Source: Pirellula staleyi DSM 6068
GTDB taxonomy: Bacteria; Planctomycetota; Planctomycetia; Pirellulales; Pirellulaceae
Direction of reading: 5' to 3'
Length of the DNA stretch: 32,000 nt
Assembly (NCBI GenBank): GCA_000025185.1
Contig: CP001848.1
Location: forward strand, 1,770,001 to 1,802,000
The notes under the pieces are model-generated. The model saw nothing but the letters and a program-made list of their open reading frames with translations. It was not told the DNA's origin and did not search any database. The position numbers were made by a program, and so were the translations under genes. Below, piece by piece: positions 16,292 through 24,153 of this stretch; the stretch's first letter is position 1; the number at the start of each line of letters is the position of its first letter.

Positions 16292-18373
16292 TCAGGCGGC
16301 ACGTCTTGCCGGAGCGGACTCCGGGGCCGGCCCGCTAGCACTGGTTGGTTGATTCGCCTGGGTGGCGCTTGCGGCTGACCGTTCGGCTCCCATGCCGCTG
16401 GCGAGCGACAGCTGCAAGAGCTGCGGCGCGGGCTCGATGCTGATCAGGTCGACCGTGCGCGTGCTTTGCACCTGCGTTGCGGTTCCTGGAAGGGCATGTG
16501 CCGCAGGGCCACCGGCTGGGTCGCGCATCGGCAGTCGGCTGATCGGCGGCGCAGCGGCCCGCTCGATTCGGCCCGTCACCAGCTTCAGCATCCAGCCGAT
16601 CGTGTGGCGGTAGGTGTGAAACAAACCGGCCATGCCGACGCACTGAATGGCGGCGTCGAGCAACTGGGTTTTAGCTTTTCGTTTGAGCCAGCGCATCGCA
16701 CGCTTACGCCACGGCAGCTTGGCAATCTCTTCCGCAGGGCGTGTTTCATCCGCCAAGTGAGGCAAGTTCGACTTCGGAAAGAAGATTGCCCACAGCATCC
16801 GGAGCGGATTGAAGAAATAGGTGTAAGCAATCAGCAGATTCAGCTGCTTCATCCAAGGCCGAGCATGTTTCGACGCGACGACATAGTTGCCGTCGACCCG
16901 GTACGGCTCGATCTCCTCGCCATTGACGGTCGAGAAAGCGAGTCCCGAACTGAAGGTCTCTTCGTACCACTTCGAGCCGGTGGCAGGGGTGAGCATCAGC
17001 ACCTGCGTATAGAGCGCGCCGGCTTTGCGAAGTACGCCGAGCTGATTGATGATGCCGTAGTTGGTGCCCCACGAAATGAGCGGCTGCGTATCGTGGTGCA
17101 TCATCATCGGGATCGGCGCGATCCCTGCGCTGCGGAGCAGCTTAAACGCCTCGAGCGTTTTGCTTTCGCTCTGTCCTTTTTTCACCAATGTGCCAGTCAG
17201 ATCTTCCACGCCCATCCAGACGGCAATGAGACCCGACTCGCGAATTTTGGGTAGATGCTCCTGCATCCGAATCGAGTCGTGCACGGTCGCTTCGGTGGCG
17301 TAGAGGAGTCGGCCGAATTTTTTAGGATCGTCTTTCTTATGCCGCGCGAGAGTGTCGGCGATATCCATCGTGCGCGCGGTGTCGTTGAAGAAATTGTCAT
17401 CCGCGCCGAAGAAGAATTGAATCCCATAACGCTCGGCGATATCTCCCATGTGGGCCGCCACACGCTCGCCTGTTTTCACACGATGCTGACGCTGGTTGTA
17501 CGCCGGAATCGGGCAATAGCTGCAACGAAACTTACAACCCGACGTGAGGACCATCGAACCGATGGGGCTATATTTTCGAACCTCTTTGTCGGTGAGCGCA
17601 TGGAGCGCGAGTTTATCGCTTTTACCTGGTTTTTCCAGCAAACTGTAGCCAATCACCGGGCTCGGCAATTCGTCGAGATCGCCCAAGAGCTGCTGAATGC
17701 CGGTGTCGATTAACTCTTCCGCAGGACCTCGTGTCGAACTGCTTTGGGCATACACAATACCTGGAATGGCATCGAGCGCACCGCTGTCGCGGGCGCGCAG
17801 AAACGTTTGACGCATCGTCTCGCGCGGGCTTTTGATCGACAGCAAGACTTCGAGCAAGCTCAGAAGCACATACTCTTCGCCGGTGATGGCGACATCGGCT
17901 CCCCATGGATCATCGGGATTGGCCGAGAAGACGTGCCAAGGCTCGTAGATGATTCGTGGACCACCGGCGATGATCAGCGGACGCGAGGCTTCGTCGATGG
18001 CGTTGGCCTCGCGAATCAGGCGATCGCATTCTTCGCCATGCAGATGCATGCTGCTGACGAGAAACAGATCGGGAATCCGCCCATCGAGGCGCATCTTCTG
18101 CGGACTAAAATTCTTGTTCCATTGCTGCAGCACGATGCGGGTCTTGGTCATCCCACTATCGACAAGCGCCGAACCGACAGCACGCACGCCACCTGGGGCC
18201 ATGCGCAGATCGGCGAAGATGAATGGCAAAATACGTGTGCGGTGATCGAACGCGCAGGCAATCACGGTGGCGATGTCATGCTTGCTCGCCAGCAGCCTGA
18301 GCCGACGACGAATGTCGGTCATTTCTCCCGGAGGAAGAAGCTGATTACCCTTGGGGCGACTGGGAAGTTCCAT
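16292..18373 (-). CDS. B12-binding-domain-type (class B-like) radical SAM protein with an extended C-terminal region
   Basis: CX3CX2C cluster motif SGCKFRCSYCP. The N-terminal Rossmann-like segment (DLFLVSSMHLHGEE...LIIAGGP) is typical of the B12-binding domain. Start moved from 18847 to the ATG at 18373, which is preceded by a strong SD: tgcAAGGAGGccgaacgATG. The longer track version would overlap the divergent OMP gene. Confidence 0.9.
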   Translation of the reverse strand: MELPSRPKGNQLLPPGEMTDIRRRLRLLASKHDIATVIACAFDHRTRILPFIFADLRMAPGGVRAVGSALVDSGMTKTRIVLQQWNKNFSPQKMRLDGRIPDLFLVSSMHLHGEECDRLIREANAIDEASRPLIIAGGPRIIYEPWHVFSANPDDPWGADVAITGEEYVLLSLLEVLLSIKSPRETMRQTFLRARDSGALDAIPGIVYAQSSSTRGPAEELIDTGIQQLLGDLDELPSPVIGYSLLEKPGKSDKLALHALTDKEVRKYSPIGSMVLTSGCKFRCSYCPIPAYNQRQHRVKTGERVAAHMGDIAERYGIQFFFGADDNFFNDTARTMDIADTLARHKKDDPKKFGRLLYATEATVHDSIRMQEHLPKIRESGLIAVWMGVEDLTGTLVKKGQSESKTLEAFKLLRSAGIAPIPMMMHHDTQPLISWGTNYGIINQLGVLRKAGALYTQVLMLTPATGSKWYEETFSSGLAFSTVNGEEIEPYRVDGNYVVASKHARPWMKQLNLLIAYTYFFNPLRMLWAIFFPKSNLPHLADETRPAEEIAKLPWRKRAMRWLKRKAKTQLLDAAIQCVGMAGLFHTYRHTIGWMLKLVTGRIERAAAPPISRLPMRDPAGGPAAHALPGTATQVQSTRTVDLISIEPAPQLLQLSLASGMGAERSAASATQANQPTSASGPAPESAPARRAA

Positions 18374-18803
18374 CGTTCGGCCTCCTTGCACTGCGATCGT
18401 TCGAGCGATGCCTCTTGCATCACTGGGGGGAACCACGCTCGTGAAATCGTCAACCCTAGTGCGGGTGACAGTTTCCCATGCGATTCGTCCCTTTCGATAG
18501 GAATCGTGCGAAGCGGCCCCACTGGCGCAGAGACCGGGCACACTTCGCGCGGAGGGTAATGTGGCATATTTCGCACGCCCCACAAACAGCGATTCTTGAA
18601 CTTTTTTCGCCAAAATTCTGAAGAAACCTGCTGCTTCAGCACTGCTAGCTCGCCGGATTGCCCTTGACCCTCGCGCTCGATCTCTCGATGATCCCGCCCG
18701 CCCCTGGTCTCGTTCCACTACGAAGTGCACGAAGCGAGTGCGAGTGAAGAGCCTTCTCGTCGAGTACGCCGCGATAATCACGCGCTGCATAGCCTGCAGC
18801 GCG

Positions 18804-19826
18804 ATGCGCTGCGCCGCGCGCGTGCTGCTGATGAGCAGTTTGCTCATGGCGTCGCCTCTGCTGGCGGCCGATGGCGAGCCGACCCTCGCGGTGAATCCGC
18901 TGCGAGATGGCGAGACGATCGATCTGGCCGATTATCAAGACGAAGAAGGGTTCCTCGCCCCCGGCGATCCTCCGGGCGATCCTGCTCCCCCCGGCAATCG
19001 TGTGGAGGCTGATCCCCAAGAGCCTTGGCCCGCGCGAGCTCCCGCTGCCGAGTACTTAAACGACATGCAGCAGCGCCGCGAGCGCGCTTATCAAGAGGAT
19101 CAGCTCCGCATCGAACCCCCGGCACCTGGCGGAATGTTCGAGCCTGGTCACGAGTCGGCTTTTGCCGGAAGCGACTGGGCTTCGTACTTTCAGCTGCCGA
19201 TTCCTGCCACGCACACCGACCCGAACGATCCTTATCGCTACCGGGGACGTGGCGAGCCGATCATCGGCAGCAGTTGGCGCAATCGGCCAGTCTTCACCGG
19301 GTTCTTTATCGGCGCTCGGCTGTCGGGAGACGACATCCTCAGCGGCCGCGTGAAACATAGCAACGGATCGTTCCTCGGGCTCCGTCTCGGTTGGGACTTC
19401 GACCACTACTGGGGTGGCGAACTTCGCTACGCCTACTCGAGCCCCGAACTGACCGACAACAGCGGCAACTCGCTCGGCGATTCGCACGACTACTTTGTCG
19501 ACGCTAGTCTCGCCTTCTATCCCTGGGGGGATACACGCTGGCGACCATTCATCGGCGCTGGCGTGGGAGTGACGACCTATCGCTTTCGCGACGAACTGGA
19601 TCGCCGCATTCACGATTCGGCTTTCACGCTGCCGATTTCGCTCGGCATCAAGTACTATGCTTCGCCGATCTTCTCGCTCCGAGTCGATGTGACCGATCAC
19701 ATCAGTTTTGGGAGCGACAATCTCTCCGCGATGCAAAACTTCTCGCTCACCATCGGTGGCGAAATGCGTTTTGGTGGTCGCAACGTCAGCTACATGCCGT
19801 GGCACGGCAACTCGCAAGTTTGGTAG
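18804..19826 (+). CDS. Outer-membrane beta-barrel protein (OmpA/OmpX-like small barrel) with a long disordered N-terminal region
   Basis: Start moved to the ATG at 18804, giving the signal peptide MRCAARVLLMSSLLMASPLLAADGE. The C-terminal ~170 aa show alternating beta-strand patterns (WRPFIGAGVGVTTYRF, SLGIKYYASPIFSLRVDVTDHISF, FSLTIGGEMRFGG). Confidence 0.7.
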   Translation: MRCAARVLLMSSLLMASPLLAADGEPTLAVNPLRDGETIDLADYQDEEGFLAPGDPPGDPAPPGNRVEADPQEPWPARAPAAEYLNDMQQRRERAYQEDQLRIEPPAPGGMFEPGHESAFAGSDWASYFQLPIPATHTDPNDPYRYRGRGEPIIGSSWRNRPVFTGFFIGARLSGDDILSGRVKHSNGSFLGLRLGWDFDHYWGGELRYAYSSPELTDNSGNSLGDSHDYFVDASLAFYPWGDTRWRPFIGAGVGVTTYRFRDELDRRIHDSAFTLPISLGIKYYASPIFSLRVDVTDHISFGSDNLSAMQNFSLTIGGEMRFGGRNVSYMPWHGNSQVW

Positions 19827-19876
19827 CGCTCATCGCCGGTTTAATAGCGACTGTCGCAAGTTTGCTCGTGCTCAAG

Positions 19877-19899
19877 AGCGCCCACCGATTGCGGGCGCT
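19877..19899. terminator. Hairpin between convergent OMP and glgC genes (possible bidirectional terminator)
   Basis: AGCGCCC (19877-19883) / GGGCGCT (19893-19899), a 7-bp GC-rich stem with a 9-nt loop. Only weak T tracts flank it (TGCCTTTCG on plus). Confidence 0.35.
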
Positions 19900-19925
19900 T
19901 GCCTTTCGCCATGGCTCGATGCGAT

Positions 19926-21185
19926 CTAAGTAATGGGCTTCACGGTCGATTCGAGCACATGCTCGATGCCATCGGCTTTGGCGATCACCACCACTCCACC
20001 ATCGCTGACGGTAAAACCGCGGCGGCGATCGAGTTCGAGGTCGTAGCCGATTTCAGCCCCGGCCGGAACGTTCACACCCTTGTCGATGATCGCGCGACGA
20101 ATCTTGGCGTGACGTCCCACATCGACCCCTTCAAACAAGATCGAGTCTTCGACTTTCGCAAAGCTGTTCACGCGCACCTTGGGGCCGAGAATGCAGCGCT
20201 CGACCGAGCCACCCGAGACGATGCTGCCGAGGCAAACAATGCTGTCGAGTGCCCGTCCAGCGCGGTCCCCTTCTCCACGACTACCGAACACGAATTTCGG
20301 CGGTGGATAGTTCAGCTGAAATGTGCGCAGCGGCCAGTTGTCGTCGTACATGTTCAGCAGCGGATCGACGGCAATCAGATCCATGTTCGCTTCGTAGTAG
20401 GCATCGAGCGTGCCGACATCGCGCCAGTAAGCGTCGCTCTTGCGGTTTTCATCACGAAACGGAAAAGCAAACACGCGATGCGTGTTGATGATCGAGGGAA
20501 TGATGTCGCGGCCAAAATCGTGGCGGCTTCCCGGTTTGGTAGCGTCGCGGCAGAGCTGCTCGAACAGGAACCGAGCGGTGAAAACGTAAATCCCCATCGA
20601 GGCGAGGCAGTGTTCGGGATCGCCAGGAATCGTCTTGGGCTGTTTTGGTTTTTCGTCGAAACCGATGATCTTTTGCGTCTCGTCGACTGCCATCACGCCG
20701 AACTGAGTCGCTGCGACAGGATCGACACGCAGTGCGCCGATCGTCAGGTCGGCGTTCATGTCCTTGTGATACTGCACCATCGACTCGTAGTTCATCTTGT
20801 AGATGTGATCGCCGGCGAGGATCACCACGTAGTCGGGGCGTTCTTTTTCGAGAACGTAGATGTTTTGATACACCGCGTCGGCGGTTCCCTGGTACCACTG
20901 CTCGTCGATTCGCTGCTGCGGTGGCACCACATCGATGAACTCGCCCAGTTCGCGATTGAAATAGTGTCGCCAGCCGAGATTCACGTGCCGGTCGAGGCTC
21001 ATCGCTTTGTACTGCGTCAGGAGCAGCACTTTGCGGATGTGACTGTTCACGCAATTGGAGAGCGAGAAATCGATGATGCGATACGATCCGCCAAATGGGA
21101 CTGCCGGCTTTGCGCGATCGCGTGTGAGAGGTTCGAGTCGCGAACCTTTGCCACCAGCCAGGATCACCGCCAAGGTGTTCTTCAT
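19926..21185 (-). CDS. glgC: Glucose-1-phosphate adenylyltransferase (ADP-glucose pyrophosphorylase)
   Basis: Start moved to the ATG at 21185: MKNTLAVILAGGKGSRLEPLTRDRAKPAVPFGGSYRIIDFSLSNCVNS. There is a C-terminal left-handed beta-helix region. Length is 419 aa. Confidence 0.95.
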   Translation of the reverse strand: MKNTLAVILAGGKGSRLEPLTRDRAKPAVPFGGSYRIIDFSLSNCVNSHIRKVLLLTQYKAMSLDRHVNLGWRHYFNRELGEFIDVVPPQQRIDEQWYQGTADAVYQNIYVLEKERPDYVVILAGDHIYKMNYESMVQYHKDMNADLTIGALRVDPVAATQFGVMAVDETQKIIGFDEKPKQPKTIPGDPEHCLASMGIYVFTARFLFEQLCRDATKPGSRHDFGRDIIPSIINTHRVFAFPFRDENRKSDAYWRDVGTLDAYYEANMDLIAVDPLLNMYDDNWPLRTFQLNYPPPKFVFGSRGEGDRAGRALDSIVCLGSIVSGGSVERCILGPKVRVNSFAKVEDSILFEGVDVGRHAKIRRAIIDKGVNVPAGAEIGYDLELDRRRGFTVSDGGVVVIAKADGIEHVLESTVKPIT

Positions 21186-21390
21186 GGTCACAGGATTTCT
21201 GACAGCCTCTTTGGGGCCACCCCTTCTTGGGTTGCGAGAAAGTTCGGATGGGGAGTGCAAGCGGAGAGGTGAGGTGTAGTCGAAACAGGCTCGGGCAGAC
21301 AAGCTCGCTTCCAGGACTACCGACTTTATCTTATCGAGCTTCGCGGAACTGAAGTAGCCGGGAATCGCGAAGTAAACGGGGAAATGAACG

Positions 21391-23334
21391 TCACGACGCT
21401 AGCCAGCGGCGGCACCATAGTTCGAGACTCACCAGCGCCCAAATCCGGGCGCTGTGGTCGAACGTTCGGTTGTCGTGTTCGCGTAGCAGGAGCTCAATTG
21501 CCTCGGGGCGAATCCAGGCGTGAATCTGGGTGCTCGTGCCGGTCAGCAGATCGTGCGTCAAGCTTTTCAGTTCCTTGCGAAACCAACTGTCGAGCGGCAC
21601 GCCAAAACCCATTTTTTTCCGCTTCCAGATGGCAGCGGGGAGCAGGCTGCCAAACGCTTGGCGGAGGAGGTACTTGGTGACTCGGCCGCGCAGTTTAAGC
21701 CGCAGCGGCAAGCTTGCTGCAAACTCGACCACGCGGACATCGAGGAAAGGTGCACGCACTTCGAGGCCGTGTGCCATCGAGGCGATGTCGACCTTGGTCA
21801 TCAGGTCGCCGGGCAAGTAGGTCAGCAGATCGGCGAGCGTGGCGGCGGTTACATCGTCGCGCCCTTTCGAGCGGTTCCAGGCGGCGAGGAGATGCTCGGC
21901 TGGGTCGCGCGCGAGCTGGGCCAGAAAATCGTCGTGGTAGAGCGCAGCGCGGCGCGTTTCGCCAAAAATGCTGATCCAGTCGAGATAACGCCGTGCAGCT
22001 GGCAGCGCCAGCGATTCGGTAAACCGCTTCCACTGCCGGACGCGCGATTTTTGCCGGCCACTCGAGGGCAAAAGTTGCCACAGCTTGCTCGCCAGCATCG
22101 ATTTGATCGGGCCCAGTCGATCGATCGTGCCGGCGAGTTTCACCGCGCGATAACGCGCGTAGCCCGCAAACAGTTCATCTCCCCCATCGCCGCTGAGCGC
22201 CACCGTGACATGCTGCTTGGTCAGCTGCGAGACATACCAGGTGGGGATGGCCGAGCTATCGGCAAACGGCTCGTCGTAGTGCTCGGCGAGGCTCGGCAAC
22301 AGCTCGGCAGCTTGCGGCGTCACTTCTAGCAGGTGATGCTCGGTCCCCAGATGCTTGGCCACGAGCGCTGCCGGCTCGCGCTCGTCGAAATCCTTCATCG
22401 GAAAACCGATCGTGAAGGTTTTGACCGGCGAGGTCGAGTGCTGCTGCATCAGCGCGACAATCAGCGACGAATCGATGCCCCCCGACAGAAATGCGCCGAG
22501 CGGAACATCGCTCTGCATCCGGAGCTGAACAGCCGACGATAGCAGTTCGCGAATTTCAGCAGTGGCTGCCGCTTCGCTGATGGTGCTGGGCGAGCTCCCG
22601 GCTCCAGCGAGCGACTTTTCGGCGGTGAAATCGGGGTTCCAGTACTGCTGTGTCGAGAGCCTCCCCTCTTTCCAAACGGCCAGATAGCCGGGGGGGAGCT
22701 TGCTGTAGCCCTTCAGAATCGTGCGTGGCTGAGGAACATACTGGTAGGTTAAAAACTCATCGATCGACGACGGATCGACCTCGCGCGGCAAGTTGGCGAT
22801 GGTCAGCAGACTCTTCAGCTCGCTGGCGAACAGGAGTCGCTCTTTTTCGTAGCGAAACACCAGCGGTTTTTTGCCGAGCCGGTCGCGAACGAGCACCAGT
22901 CGCCGCTCGCGATTGTCCCACAGCGCAATCGCAAACATGCCGTTGAGATGCTGAAACGCTTCGAGCCCCTCATCGCGATAGAGGAGCAGAATCGTTTCGG
23001 TGTCGCTCGATGTTTGCAGCTTATGGCCGCGTCCTTCGAGACGATGACGCAGCTGCTGATAGTTGTAGATTTCGCCGTTAAAGACAAGTTGGAGCTCGCC
23101 GTCGCTGGTGCTCATCGGCTGTGCGCCGCCCGCCAGATCGATGATCGACAGCCGCCGATGTCCGAGTGCTACGCCCGGCACATGAGCATAGGCTTCGCGG
23201 GTGTGATACTCCTGGAGAAACTCCCCCCGGCCATCGGGTCCGCGATGCGCCAGGGCATCGGTCATGCGTGTCAGCTGCGCGCGGTCGATCGCCTTCGCTG
23301 GATCGCTCCACACTCCCCCGGTGATGCCACACAT
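21391..23334 (-). CDS. asnB: Asparagine synthase (glutamine-hydrolysing)
   Basis: Start moved to the ATG at 23334, giving the MCGI Ntn nucleophile N-terminus. PP-loop FLSGGIDSSLIVALM. Length is 647 aa. Confidence 0.95.
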   Translation of the reverse strand: MCGITGGVWSDPAKAIDRAQLTRMTDALAHRGPDGRGEFLQEYHTREAYAHVPGVALGHRRLSIIDLAGGAQPMSTSDGELQLVFNGEIYNYQQLRHRLEGRGHKLQTSSDTETILLLYRDEGLEAFQHLNGMFAIALWDNRERRLVLVRDRLGKKPLVFRYEKERLLFASELKSLLTIANLPREVDPSSIDEFLTYQYVPQPRTILKGYSKLPPGYLAVWKEGRLSTQQYWNPDFTAEKSLAGAGSSPSTISEAAATAEIRELLSSAVQLRMQSDVPLGAFLSGGIDSSLIVALMQQHSTSPVKTFTIGFPMKDFDEREPAALVAKHLGTEHHLLEVTPQAAELLPSLAEHYDEPFADSSAIPTWYVSQLTKQHVTVALSGDGGDELFAGYARYRAVKLAGTIDRLGPIKSMLASKLWQLLPSSGRQKSRVRQWKRFTESLALPAARRYLDWISIFGETRRAALYHDDFLAQLARDPAEHLLAAWNRSKGRDDVTAATLADLLTYLPGDLMTKVDIASMAHGLEVRAPFLDVRVVEFAASLPLRLKLRGRVTKYLLRQAFGSLLPAAIWKRKKMGFGVPLDSWFRKELKSLTHDLLTGTSTQIHAWIRPEAIELLLREHDNRTFDHSARIWALVSLELWCRRWLAS

Positions 23335-23667
23335 GCCGCTGCGCTTTCGAGTAGCCTGCAATCCCCTCTCGCCGCTCTTGGCGAGTATGTGCTCTGGCGG
23401 TGGCGCTCGCAATCAGCAGCGTCGCGAGCTAGTACTTTGTCAATCGATCAGTGTCCGGTTGATTGGGTGCCACTGGCATCTTGCCAGTGCAGAAGTTGGA
23501 ACCGATGTTTTGGGCGAAATGTCCCTCAAAACATTAGTCCATTTGCACTTCTCACTGGGCAGAGCCCAGTGGCACACCAGGTGGAAGCCTGTTGATTGCA
23601 GCATGACAGGGATCGATAGACGGACTACCAAGTGTATCGATGCAGTGTGGCTAGTCCCGAGGCCTGG

Positions 23668-23991
23668 CTATTCGCCGACCGCGACAATCTTGCCAGCGGC
23701 GACGGTTTTTCCACCTTCGCGCACGGTGATGGCGGCACCGGGAATGAGCTTGGAATAGTCGATTTTGGGGTACATCAGCTCGAGGTCGAAGCAGGCTGCT
23801 TCACCGGCAATCGGCTGTGGTCCATCGACAAAGCAGACGCCCAGGTACGTGGGGTCCCCTTCGACCACCAGATGCGGCATGTACGAGTTTTTGCCGTGGC
23901 CACCCCAAGGAGGTCCTGGGAGCATGGCGCGGCCCCCGTCGGCTGTGGATAGAAATGTCAGTTCGGCGCGAACGTTTCCGCTGTCGGGCAT
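23668..23991 (-). CDS. Hypothetical small protein resembling EF-Tu domain III (C-terminal beta-barrel)
   Basis: The track ORF starts at a TTG (24003); the ATG at 23991 gives MPDSGNVRAELTFLSTADGGRAMLP...AAITVREGGKTVAAGKIVAVGE. Compare EF-Tu domain III: F.AEVYVLSK.EGGRHTPF...FAIREGGRTVGAGVVAKV. Confidence 0.6.
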   Translation of the reverse strand: MPDSGNVRAELTFLSTADGGRAMLPGPPWGGHGKNSYMPHLVVEGDPTYLGVCFVDGPQPIAGEAACFDLELMYPKIDYSKLIPGAAITVREGGKTVAAGKIVAVGE

Positions 23992-24153
23992 CGGCAAATC
24001 CAAGGGGGAATCGAACTACGAACGGCGATGCTTGTAACTTTCCAATAAAGTTGTTTTGCGTCGGTGCGCGGCAGTCCTGTAGAATTGGGGGGCTGATCTC
24101 GGGTGCTTCAGGCTACCCCTCTTCTCTCCGAGCGTATAGAGGTTGGAGAAGCA

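Noticed and set aside
16292-18847. Long N-terminal extensions in track ORFs: radical SAM to 18847, accD to 14264, glgC to 21302, asnB to 23412, isomerase to 4236
   Set aside because: The extensions are Arg-rich and non-conserved-looking, and in one case overlap the divergent neighbour. Internal ATGs reproduce canonical N-termini (MCGI for AsnB, MKNTLAVILAGG for GlgC, the Zn-ribbon spacing for AccD) or have an SD (radical SAM).
19899-21272. 457-aa plus-strand ORF
   Set aside because: It is antisense to glgC, whose minus-strand frame has unmistakable family motifs.
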